NCBI GenBank assembly: GCA_934371135.1
Contig: CAKRNO010000002.1
Span: 69,708 to 133,707 of the forward strand
Reading direction: 5' to 3'
Length of the DNA stretch: 64,000 nt
Origin: an uncultured Eubacteriales bacterium
GTDB taxonomy: Bacteria > Bacillota > Clostridia > Oscillospirales > CAG-272
The notes beneath the pieces are model-generated. The model was given only the letters and a program-made list of their open reading frames with translations. It did not search any database and was not told the origin of the DNA. Positions 1 through 8,247 of this stretch are shown one piece after another; position 1 is the first letter of the stretch; each line of letters starts with the position of its first letter. Made by a program: the position numbers and the translations under genes.

Positions 1-1296
1 CATGACGTCATCGTGATTGACAACAATCCCGCCGTCCTCAAGGATATCACGGAGCGGTACGACGTCATCGGCTTCTGCGGGAACGCGACCTCCTATGACA
101 GCCTCACGGAGGCGGGCGTCGCCGGGTGCGACCTGTTCATCGCCGTCACGGGCTCGGATGAATTCAATATGCTCAGCTGCTTTGTCGCGCGGAAGATCGG
201 CGCCCGGCACACGGTCGCCCGCGTCCGCAATTCGGAATACAACAGCGAGAGCTTCCACTACATGATGGAACAGCTCGAGCTGTCCATGTCCGTCAATCCG
301 GAGCTCATGATGGCAGAGACCATCTTCAATATCCTGAAGCTGCCGTCCGCCGCCAAGGTCGATACCTTCTCCGACCGGCGGCAGGAGATGGTGGAGGTCG
401 TCATCAAGCAGGGCTCCCCCCTCGACGGGATGACGCTTTCCGATATCCGAAAAAAATATCCCGGGAAATATCTGGTGACGGTCATCCGCCACGGAGACGA
501 GGTACATATCCCCTCCGGTAATTCCGTGCTCTACAGCGGCGACCACATCGCCCTCATCTCCGCCGCCTCCGATACGCACCGCATCCTCAAAATGCTCTGC
601 CTCGTGAAAAAGCAGGTGCGTGACGTCATGATTCTCGGCGCGAGCACGACCTCCTACTATCTTGCGAAGCGGCTCCTCGGCGCCGGCAACTCGGTCAAAA
701 TCATTGAGAAGAACCCGGAGCGGTGCGAGGAGGTGTGCGAGCGGCTCTCCGGAGCAACCGTAATCCGGGGTGACTGTATGCACCAGGATTTGCTCGCGGA
801 GGAGGGGCTCGGCAAGATGGATGCCGTCGTCGCCCTCACCGGCCGCGACGAGGAGAACATCCTCATCTCCTTCTACGCCATGTCGCAGGGGGTCGGAAAG
901 GTGGTCTCCAAGGTCAACCGTGACGAGCTCTGGGCACTGTCCGAAAAGCTGGGACTGGACAGCATCCTGTCTCCGAAAATGATCATTTCCGACGTCCTCG
1001 CGCAGTATGCGCGCGCACTTGAAAACTCTGAGGGGAGCAAAGTGGAGACGCTCTACAGCCTCATGAACGGCGCCGCCGAGGCGCTGGAATTCAACGTCCT
1101 CCCCGACTTCCCGTTCGCGGATACGCCGCTCCGCAACCTCACGCTGGTAGGCGGCACCCTGCTCGCGGGGATCACGCGCGGCTCCGTCTCCATCATCCCG
1201 GGTGGCGACGACGTCATCCGTCCGGGTGACCGTGTGGTCGTCGTTGCGGCGGGCGCCCATGTCTATGACCTGGAAGACGTCTTCCGCAGAAAGTGA
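1..1296 (+). CDS. trkA: Trk-type K+ transport NAD-binding subunit TrkA (5' end cut by window edge)
   Basis: The frame is open from base 1 (HDVIVIDNNPAVL...), so the tracked start at 13 is internal. Two RCK halves, with a second Rossmann motif VMILGASTTSYYLAKRL. trkH follows 9 nt downstream. Confidence 0.9.
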   Translation, partial: HDVIVIDNNPAVLKDITERYDVIGFCGNATSYDSLTEAGVAGCDLFIAVTGSDEFNMLSCFVARKIGARHTVARVRNSEYNSESFHYMMEQLELSMSVNPELMMAETIFNILKLPSAAKVDTFSDRRQEMVEVVIKQGSPLDGMTLSDIRKKYPGKYLVTVIRHGDEVHIPSGNSVLYSGDHIALISAASDTHRILKMLCLVKKQVRDVMILGASTTSYYLAKRLLGAGNSVKIIEKNPERCEEVCERLSGATVIRGDCMHQDLLAEEGLGKMDAVVALTGRDEENILISFYAMSQGVGKVVSKVNRDELWALSEKLGLDSILSPKMIISDVLAQYARALENSEGSKVETLYSLMNGAAEALEFNVLPDFPFADTPLRNLTLVGGTLLAGITRGSVSIIPGGDDVIRPGDRVVVVAAGAHVYDLEDVFRRK

Positions 1297-1305
1297 GGTC
1301 CCCCC

Positions 1306-2751
1306 GTGAACCATCGTATGATCTACTTCACGACGGGGTCGGTGCTTCTCACCGAGGCGGCGCTCATGCTCCTGCCGCTCCTCGTCTCCGTCATCTACCG
1401 TGAGAGCTGTGCCTGGGCGTTCCTCGTCACGATCGGCATCACCCTCGCCGTCGGCGGGCTGATCTGCTTCACCCTGCGCCCGAAGGACCGCACCCTCTTT
1501 TCCAAGGAGGGGTTGGTAATCGTCGCGCTCGCATGGGTCGCCGTCTCCTTCTTCGGTGCGCTCCCCTTTGTCATCAGCCGGGAGATCCCCGTATTCATCG
1601 ATGCTTTTTTTGAGACGGTCAGCGGCTTCACCACCACGGGTGCCACCATCCTCGACGATGTGGAGAGCATGAGTCACGGTCTGCTGTTCTGGCGCAGCTT
1701 CACGCACTGGATCGGCGGCATGGGGGTCCTCGTCTTCGTCATGGCGGTCACCGTCAGCGTGCCGGAGCGCTCCATCCACATTCTCCGCGCCGAGATGCCC
1801 GGTCCCGTCGTCGATAAGCTCGTCCCCCGCGCCCGCACGACCGCGAAAATTCTATACATCATTTACATTGCCATGACCGCCGTCGAGGTCGTCCTCCTGC
1901 TCGCAGGCGGGATGTCCCTCTTTGAGAGCCTGGTACACTCCTTCGGCACCGCCGGGACCGGCGGCTTCGGAGTCAGAAACGACAGCATCGCCTCCTATTC
2001 CCCGTACCTGCAATGGGTGATTGCCGTCTTCATGCTTCTCTTCGGCGTCAACTTCAATCTGTACTACCTCCTGCTCCTGCGCAAATTCTCCTCCGTCCTG
2101 CGCAGCACCGAGCTGTGGGTCTATCTCGGGATTGCCGCCGGCGCGACCGGGCTCGTCTGCTACAATATCTACTCGCTTTGCTCCGGCTTCGCCGAGGCAA
2201 TCCGCGCCTCCTTCTTCCAGGTCTCCTCGATCATGACGACGACAGGCTACGGGACGATGAACATCAGCCGGTGGCCGACGCTCTCCAAGGTCATCCTGCT
2301 CACATTAATGCTCATCGGCGGCTGTGCGGGCTCGACCGCCGGCGGTCTCAAGGTTTCGCGCGTTGTCATCCTGTTCAAATCCCTGATCGGCAGGCTCCGC
2401 CGTGTGCTGCACCCCCGCACCGTCACGGTCGTCAAGATGGAGGGTAAGCGGCTGGACGACGATACCCTCACGGGCGTGCACTCCTACCTCGCCCTCTGCA
2501 CCTTCCTGACCGTCCTCATCCTCCTGCTGCTCTCATTTGAGCGGAATCCGGTCTTTACTGTGGAAACCAACCTGAGCGCCGCCATCTCCTGCTTCAATAA
2601 CATCGGTCCGTTTTTCAGCGAGACCCTCACGAGCTTCTCCGCTTACTCCGGGTTCTCGAAATTCGTGCTGTCGATTGCGATGCTGCTCGGGCGCCTGGAG
2701 ATTTACCCGCTCCTGCTCACCTGCCTGCCGACCACTTGGCTGAAAAAGTGA
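1306..2751 (+). CDS. trkH: Trk-type K+ transporter membrane subunit TrkH
   Basis: 481-aa polytopic membrane ORF with four glycine-rich pore-loop-like segments (SGFTTTGATI, FGTAGTGGFG, SIMTTTGYGT, CAGSTAGGLK) typical of TrkH/KtrB. GTG start 7 nt after GTGAGG. Confidence 0.9.
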   Translation: MNHRMIYFTTGSVLLTEAALMLLPLLVSVIYRESCAWAFLVTIGITLAVGGLICFTLRPKDRTLFSKEGLVIVALAWVAVSFFGALPFVISREIPVFIDAFFETVSGFTTTGATILDDVESMSHGLLFWRSFTHWIGGMGVLVFVMAVTVSVPERSIHILRAEMPGPVVDKLVPRARTTAKILYIIYIAMTAVEVVLLLAGGMSLFESLVHSFGTAGTGGFGVRNDSIASYSPYLQWVIAVFMLLFGVNFNLYYLLLLRKFSSVLRSTELWVYLGIAAGATGLVCYNIYSLCSGFAEAIRASFFQVSSIMTTTGYGTMNISRWPTLSKVILLTLMLIGGCAGSTAGGLKVSRVVILFKSLIGRLRRVLHPRTVTVVKMEGKRLDDDTLTGVHSYLALCTFLTVLILLLLSFERNPVFTVETNLSAAISCFNNIGPFFSETLTSFSAYSGFSKFVLSIAMLLGRLEIYPLLLTCLPTTWLKK

Positions 2752-2780
2752 GCCGCAGCCGCTTCGTTTTATAAAAATCT

Positions 2781-2817
2781 CAAAGAGGTGCCGCAAAATG
2801 CGGCACCTCTTTGTTTG
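2781..2817 (+). terminator. Rho-independent terminator after trkH
   Basis: 15-bp stem CAAAGAGGTGCCGCA / TGCGGCACCTCTTTG with a 3-nt loop, followed by TTTG. Confidence 0.8.
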
Positions 2818-2874
2818 AAAAGGGCATCGGCGGGCATACTAGATGCGTAATCGTTTTTGAAAAAGGAGACCACC

Positions 2875-3306
2875 ATGAGAGAAGATACCATAGAACTCCT
2901 GCGCGAATGTGACGCGGGCATCAAAATGGGCATTTCCGCGATCGAGGACGTGTACGGTAAGGTGACCCACGAGGATTTCCGCCGTCACCTCTCGGATCAG
3001 AAGACGGCGCACGCAAAGATGCAGAAAGAGATCCGGGACCAGCTCGACACATACAACGACGAGGGCAAGGACCCGAACCCGATGGCAAAGGGGATGGCGC
3101 ACGTCAAGACGGGGATGAAGCTCGGCTTCGACTGCACGGACGAGACCATCGCCTCCCTGCTCACCGACGGGTGCCACATGGGGGTAAAGTCCCTTTCCCG
3201 CTACCTCAACCGCTATTCCGCCGCCGACGAGGGGGCGAAAAATGTCGCTCGACGCCTCATCTCGCTCGAGGACACGATGGAAAAGGAGCTGCGCCCGTAT
3301 CTCTGA
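2875..3306 (+). CDS. Hypothetical small helical protein (possibly DUF2383/PA2169-like four-helix bundle)
   Basis: ATG at 2875 sits 6 nt after GGAG (2865-2868), so the tracked TTG at 2857 is probably too early. 143 aa, helix-rich, no signal peptide. The family assignment is only an impression from the sequence pattern. Confidence 0.6.
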   Translation: MREDTIELLRECDAGIKMGISAIEDVYGKVTHEDFRRHLSDQKTAHAKMQKEIRDQLDTYNDEGKDPNPMAKGMAHVKTGMKLGFDCTDETIASLLTDGCHMGVKSLSRYLNRYSAADEGAKNVARRLISLEDTMEKELRPYL

Positions 3307-3319
3307 CGCAAAACGTGTC

Positions 3320-3357
3320 AAAGAGGAGCCGTATTTTTACGGCTCCTCTCTGTTTTT
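3320..3357 (+). terminator. Rho-independent terminator
   Basis: Stem AGAGGAGCCGT / ACGGCTCCTCT with a T-rich loop, followed by CTGTTTTTG. Confidence 0.8.
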
Positions 3358-3488
3358 GTGGTCATTTCACCTCTGTCCGGTCGGCGGCTGTTATCCGCAG
3401 CTCCTGCACGCTGTTTTTCCGGACACGCCGTTTTTTCAACCGGCGCGCCGTTGCCCATACCGGACTACCGTCCGCACGGGGTCGCCCC

Positions 3489-4424
3489 TCACCGGCGCAG
3501 TGCCGCACAGCCCGAGAGAGCATTTTCCCCAACCGCGGTCACCCCGGGCGCCGTGAGACGGCAGAGCGACCGGCACCCGTGGAACGCGCCCTCTCCGATA
3601 CGCGTCACCGACGGGGGCAGAACGACGTCGGTGAGCGAGACGCAGCCGTAAAAGGCGAGCGGCGGCACCTCCCGGAGCCCCTCCGGCAGGGTCACGCGGG
3701 TCAGCGCCCCGCAGAGACCGAACGCCTCCGCCCCGATGGCAGTGACCCCCGCCGGTATGGCGACGCCGCGCAGATGCTTCGCCCGGTAAAACGCCCCCTG
3801 CCCGATCTCCGTAAGGCTCCCGGGCAGACCGACCTCGCGGAGCATCGTCGCGTCGGAAAAGGCGCCGGGTGCGAGGCGCCTGACCCCGGAGGGCACGGTA
3901 TAGGCGAAAGCATCCCGCCCCGGCGGGTAACGCAGGAGCAGGTCACTACCCCGGTACAGCACCCCGTCCTCCTCACGGAATATTCGGTTCTTCGGCGAAA
4001 CGCGCACGGCGCGCAGTGTTCGGCAGCCGCGGAATGCCCCGGCTCCCACCTCCGCGAGCCCCGCGGGCAGGGTCACCAAAGCGAGCGACGCGCAGCCGTC
4101 GAACGCCGCGCTCCCGAGCCGCAGGAGCGACGCCGGCAGACGTGCCTCCGAGAGCGAGGTACAGGAAAAGAATGCGTGCGCGCCGATTTCCTCCGCCCCG
4201 CCCGGCTCCACCTCGCGCAACCCCGTACAACCGGCGAAAGCCCAGGCATCGACCGTGCGGAGCGAGACGGGCAGGACGAGCCGCGCCATCATCCGTGCCC
4301 CCCAGAACGCCCGCTCCCCGACACCCGTGACACCCTCCGGCACCGTGACCATACTTTCATACCCGCGGTACGCCGTAAGGTACCCCTCCGGCGTTATGTC
4401 AAAGCTCCTGTTGACCGCTTGCAT
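3489..4424 (-). CDS. BspA-type leucine-rich repeat (LRR_5-like) protein
   Basis: 311 aa built from ~23-aa repeats of the pattern LxxVxLPxxLxxIGxxAFxxCxxL (e.g. LREVGLPGSLTEIGQGAFYRAKHL). GGGAGGGA SD 6 nt before the ATG. No N-terminal signal peptide or anchor visible. Confidence 0.8.
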   Translation of the reverse strand: MQAVNRSFDITPEGYLTAYRGYESMVTVPEGVTGVGERAFWGARMMARLVLPVSLRTVDAWAFAGCTGLREVEPGGAEEIGAHAFFSCTSLSEARLPASLLRLGSAAFDGCASLALVTLPAGLAEVGAGAFRGCRTLRAVRVSPKNRIFREEDGVLYRGSDLLLRYPPGRDAFAYTVPSGVRRLAPGAFSDATMLREVGLPGSLTEIGQGAFYRAKHLRGVAIPAGVTAIGAEAFGLCGALTRVTLPEGLREVPPLAFYGCVSLTDVVLPPSVTRIGEGAFHGCRSLCRLTAPGVTAVGENALSGCAALRR

Positions 4425-4586
4425 CCGTCATCCCTCCCACACATACAGTATAGCAAGGAAACAGCCCGATAAAGCGGACTTAACAGCAACCGGAGAACGA
4501 CCTTATAAAAGCTTGGCGCACGCTGTCCTGACCGGTATCACCTCCGAAAGACCGATGGAGCGCTTCAATCTCCATCTCGTCCTCCG

Positions 4587-6959
4587 TTACTGTCCCATTC
4601 TGGACTTTGCCTTATTTTTGTACATTTCACTGTCGGCGACCGCCATGGCTTTGGTAAGCGGGTGCACGCCGTAGGCGCCGCCGATGCTGACGCTGACCCT
4701 GATCTCCGGCTTCTCCTCGAGGACAATCCTTTGCACACTCTCCTCCATCTGCCCGAGCTTTGCAAAAAATTCTTCTTCCCCGATTTTCTTGAACAGAATC
4801 AGAAATTCGTCGCCTCCGTAGCGGATCAGCACATCGGATTTTCCGAGGCAGCTGTTGATAGCGGCAGATACCTCGCGGAGCGCCATGTCGCCGATCAGGT
4901 GCCCGTACCGGTCATTGATGCTCTTGAACCGGTCGATGTCGGCGATTGCCACCCCGTCCGCGTCCTGCAGATTTGCCATGAAATCATCGAGATACCCGCG
5001 GGAGTACGCTTTTGTCAGCGAGTCACGGTAGAAATTGAGGAGCATCATGTTGGCCCTGTCATTTCCGCCGCCGTGGGGTGTGCCGGCTGCCTCCTCCATC
5101 GGGAAAGCAATCTCCATCACGCAGTCGCGTCCGTTCAGCTTCATGTACCGCGACAATACGGAATACACGCCGTCATCGCCGGCCTCGAGCTTGCTTGTCC
5201 AGTCCTTCGATTGCAGTGCCCTCCGGGAGCTGCAGTTTTCACAGCATTCGTGCCTGCCCCACAGCTCGTAGCACCGCGCGCCCGTCCCGACGAACGTGCC
5301 GTCCTCTCCCACCTCAAGCACCTCGGTGCTCATGGGATCCACAATGCGCACGATGCCGAATATCCTCTGCATGGCGCAATAGGTCTCGTAAGAGAGCCCT
5401 GCCACCTCGGTGACGCCCATCCCCGCGGAGAGCACCTCGTCGTGGATATCCTTGAACTGCCCGACGACGGAAACGTATTTGTCGCCCCGTATCGGCCAGA
5501 CCGACATGGCCGTCAGGAGGTTCCAGCGGTAGCCGGTGCCGACCGGGATCAGCACCTTCATCTCCACGACCGGGTTCTCCCGCGTCGTCCCCCGCAGGTT
5601 CTTCACCAAAGTCTGCCAGTCCTCGCGGTTCAGAAGCTGGATATCGTCCCAACGCGTGACATACAGATGCTTCCGGTTTCTGCCCTCCTCCTCGTACCAG
5701 TTGACAAAAACGACCTTGTCGAGCGCGCAATCGTACTCGAACTGAATCCCGCCGCATTCCATCGCGAAGAACTCTTTCTTGACGCGCTCGTTTTCCACCA
5801 TGCAGCGGGAGCGGTCCTCGAGCGGGAGCGAACGCTCGGAGAGAATCTCGCCCGTCATGTGAACGACCTCGTCGCGGCAGTCCTCATCGTTCATCTGCCC
5901 GCCTGCGTTGTCGCGCAGCTCTCCCTCCACGGCGTGGAGACATTTAATGAGCTCGGGATTGAACGCCCCGCACTCTCCGTTCACGATCATCTCGATTGCC
6001 TTCTCGTGCGGGAAGGCTTTTTTGTAGCAGCGATCACTCGTCAGGGCGTCATACACATCCGCGAGAGACACAACCTGCGCCGAGATCGGAATCTCGTCGC
6101 CGCAGAGCCCGTCCGGGTACCCCCGCCCGTCCCAGCGCTCATGATGCCAGCGGCAGATCTCGTGCGCGACGACCATGAGCTTCTCCGTCTTCGGGATTGG
6201 GAGCTCCTGCAGGAAACGGTCGCCCTCGGTCGTGTGGGTCTTCATGATTTCCCACTCCTCCGGGGTGAGCTTGCCCGGCTTGTTGAGGATCGCCACGGGC
6301 ACCTTCAGCTTTCCGATATCATGGAGCGCCGAAAGACTCGAAATCAGCGAAATATCCGACTCGGAGAGCTTGTACCGGTCCGTCTGCCTGACGAGCTGGT
6401 GCAAAAGCAGACTCGTAATCGCCTGCACATGGAGCGTGTGACTGCCGGACTCCTTGTTGCGCGATTCAATGACGTGGCTGAAAATATTGATCATCGTGTT
6501 GTTGACCTTTTCGCGCTCGTACACCTGGTCTTCCACGAGCTGGATCAGCCGCTTCTGCTTGGAATACAGCGCCAGTGTGTTTTCCAGGCGGTGCCGGACG
6601 ATCACCGCATTGAAGGGGCGCGTTATGTAATCCGTCACACCGAGCTCGTATGCCCGCCGGATCAACACGGCGTCATCCTCCGCGGAGACGATGATGACGG
6701 GGATCTCCTCGATCCAATGCCGCTCATTCATGATGCTGAGAACGCCGAACCCGTCCATCCTCGGCATATGTACATCGAGGAGGATAATGTCCACCTGTGC
6801 CCCGCCGCCGAGCAGCTCAATCGCCTCAACACCGTCCCCGGCAAATACATATTCGTATTCCTCACCGAGGATTTCGACGAGCATCGCACGGTTCAGCTCC
6901 GAGTCGTCCACGATCAGAATTCTGTCTTTCGGTACCATGACCTTCTTTGCGTTTGGCAT
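4587..6959 (-). CDS. Response-regulator receiver / HD-GYP phosphodiesterase / PAS-like / GGDEF diguanylate cyclase hybrid protein
   Basis: N-terminal REC (ILIVDDSELNR...ILLDVHMP). HD-GYP motifs HDIGK and HHERWDGRGYPDGL. C-terminal GGDEF (RYGGDEFLILF). GGAGGAAAG SD upstream. Confidence 0.9.
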   Translation of the reverse strand: MPNAKKVMVPKDRILIVDDSELNRAMLVEILGEEYEYVFAGDGVEAIELLGGGAQVDIILLDVHMPRMDGFGVLSIMNERHWIEEIPVIIVSAEDDAVLIRRAYELGVTDYITRPFNAVIVRHRLENTLALYSKQKRLIQLVEDQVYEREKVNNTMINIFSHVIESRNKESGSHTLHVQAITSLLLHQLVRQTDRYKLSESDISLISSLSALHDIGKLKVPVAILNKPGKLTPEEWEIMKTHTTEGDRFLQELPIPKTEKLMVVAHEICRWHHERWDGRGYPDGLCGDEIPISAQVVSLADVYDALTSDRCYKKAFPHEKAIEMIVNGECGAFNPELIKCLHAVEGELRDNAGGQMNDEDCRDEVVHMTGEILSERSLPLEDRSRCMVENERVKKEFFAMECGGIQFEYDCALDKVVFVNWYEEEGRNRKHLYVTRWDDIQLLNREDWQTLVKNLRGTTRENPVVEMKVLIPVGTGYRWNLLTAMSVWPIRGDKYVSVVGQFKDIHDEVLSAGMGVTEVAGLSYETYCAMQRIFGIVRIVDPMSTEVLEVGEDGTFVGTGARCYELWGRHECCENCSSRRALQSKDWTSKLEAGDDGVYSVLSRYMKLNGRDCVMEIAFPMEEAAGTPHGGGNDRANMMLLNFYRDSLTKAYSRGYLDDFMANLQDADGVAIADIDRFKSINDRYGHLIGDMALREVSAAINSCLGKSDVLIRYGGDEFLILFKKIGEEEFFAKLGQMEESVQRIVLEEKPEIRVSVSIGGAYGVHPLTKAMAVADSEMYKNKAKSRMGQ

Positions 6960-7169
6960 GGCTTTCCTCCTTCATCCGTTTGTTTGGGGCTCATCTGTGC
7001 GCGGCGCCTCCCGGGGCGCCCCGCCCGCCTGTCTGTTGCTTTCATCCGTGCCACCCGTTTCCGCGTGGCTGTCAGACGGGTGACCGCGGCGGTCACCTCA
7101 CCCTGCCTGCCGTGCGCTCATTGTGCCGGAGCCGACAGACTCCGGCATCTTACGCGCGTATACCTGTTC

Positions 7170-7197
7170 ATTATATATTTTTATATGTTTAATTCAA
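7170..7197 (-). promoter_or_regulatory. Sigma-A-type promoter for the REC/HD-GYP/GGDEF gene
   Basis: On the minus strand: TTGAAT (7197-7192), 16 nt, TATAAT (7175-7170). Implies a ~200-nt 5' leader. Confidence 0.55.
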
Positions 7198-7263
7198 CCG
7201 TCAGGATGTAAACTTTTTGCGCCGGACCGGCAAGGCGCAATAAAACGGGTAAAACGCAGCGAA

Positions 7264-7294
7264 CAGCGGGTCGGATACATCCTCCGACCCGCTG
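7264..7294 (-). terminator. Terminator hairpin after carbamate kinase
   Basis: 12-bp stem CAGCGGGTCGGA / TCCGACCCGCTG, 10 nt downstream of the stop. The trailing U-tract is weak (TTCGCTGCGTTTT). Confidence 0.55.
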
Positions 7295-7304
7295 ACATAT
7301 TTTC

Positions 7305-8246
7305 TTAAAGCGTAACCGTCGTACCGCTCCTGCCGCGGATGGCGTCGAGCGCGTGGTCGAGTGAACCGATGACGGCGCGGCGACCGTTACCGCCGCGGGC
7401 GAAGGCGATTGCCGCCTCCACCTTCGGGAGCATGGAGCCGGCGGCGAACTCACCCGCCGCGATGTGCGCCTGTGCCTCCTCCACCGTCATGTGTGAAAGC
7501 TCTCTCTCATCGGCTCTGCCGAAGCCGATGCAGACGTGCTCTACCGCCGTCAGGATGAGCAGACAGTCGGCACCCACCATCTCGGCGAGCTTCGCCGAGG
7601 CAAAGTCCTTGTCGATGACCGCCTCCACACCGGTGAGCGCGCCGTTTGTACCGCGCGTGACGGGGATGCCCCCGCCGCCGCAGGCAATGACGACGAACTC
7701 CCGCTCGAGCAGCGCCCGGATCGCCTGATCCTCGACGATCTCCTGCGGCTTCGGTGACGGCACCACCTGCCGCCAGCCGCGTCCCGCATCCTCGCGCATG
7801 ATCAGCCCCGGTGTCCCGCGCATCATCCGCTCGGCGCTCTCTTTGTCATAAAACGCCCCGATCGGTTTTGTCGGGTTCCCGAAAGCGGGGTCATCCGCCG
7901 AGACCGTCACCTGTGTCAGCACCGTCGTCACCTGCCACGGCAGGCGCCGCTCCGCGAGCGCCTGCTTGATCCCCGCCTCGAGCTGGTAGCCGATATACCC
8001 CTGGCTCATCGCGGTGCAGATTTCCAGCGGCATTTTCGGGATGCCGCCCTTGCCGTCCCCGCCCGCGCGGTCAAAGGCGAGGCGGATCATGCCGACCTGC
8101 GGACCGTTGCCGTGGCTGACCACGATCTCATTTCCTTCCTCAATGAGGCGCACGAGAGACGCCGCCGCGACCCTGACGCGCTCCTCCTGCTCGCGGGGGT
8201 CGTTCCCGAGTGCATTCCCCCCGAGCGCCACAACAATGCGCGCCAT
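7305..8246 (-). CDS. arcC: Carbamate kinase
   Basis: 313 aa. MARIVVALGGNALG N-terminus and overall amino-acid-kinase pattern. Last gene of the agu cluster, starting 1 nt after the aguA stop. Confidence 0.9.
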   Translation of the reverse strand: MARIVVALGGNALGNDPREQEERVRVAAASLVRLIEEGNEIVVSHGNGPQVGMIRLAFDRAGGDGKGGIPKMPLEICTAMSQGYIGYQLEAGIKQALAERRLPWQVTTVLTQVTVSADDPAFGNPTKPIGAFYDKESAERMMRGTPGLIMREDAGRGWRQVVPSPKPQEIVEDQAIRALLEREFVVIACGGGGIPVTRGTNGALTGVEAVIDKDFASAKLAEMVGADCLLILTAVEHVCIGFGRADERELSHMTVEEAQAHIAAGEFAAGSMLPKVEAAIAFARGGNGRRAVIGSLDHALDAIRGRSGTTVTL

Positions 8247-8247
8247 C

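Noticed and set aside
3171-4472. 433-aa plus-strand ORF overlapping the LRR gene
   Set aside because: The opposite-strand LRR ORF shows a clean ~23-aa repeat periodicity and a strong SD. The plus-strand product is Arg/Pro-rich with no features.
6960-7163. c-di-GMP (GEMM-I/II) riboswitch in the leader of the GGDEF/HD-GYP gene
   Set aside because: The conserved GEMM elements I remember (GGCAAACC, ACGCAAAGCC, tetraloop/receptor arrangement) are not visible. The region is kept only as an unassigned structured leader.
4662-7211. 849-aa plus-strand ORF
   Set aside because: It is entirely antisense to the REC/HD-GYP/GGDEF gene, which has unambiguous motifs. Its translation is Arg/His/Val/Leu-rich with no motif or SD. 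Long stop-free antisense frames are expected in GC-rich DNA.
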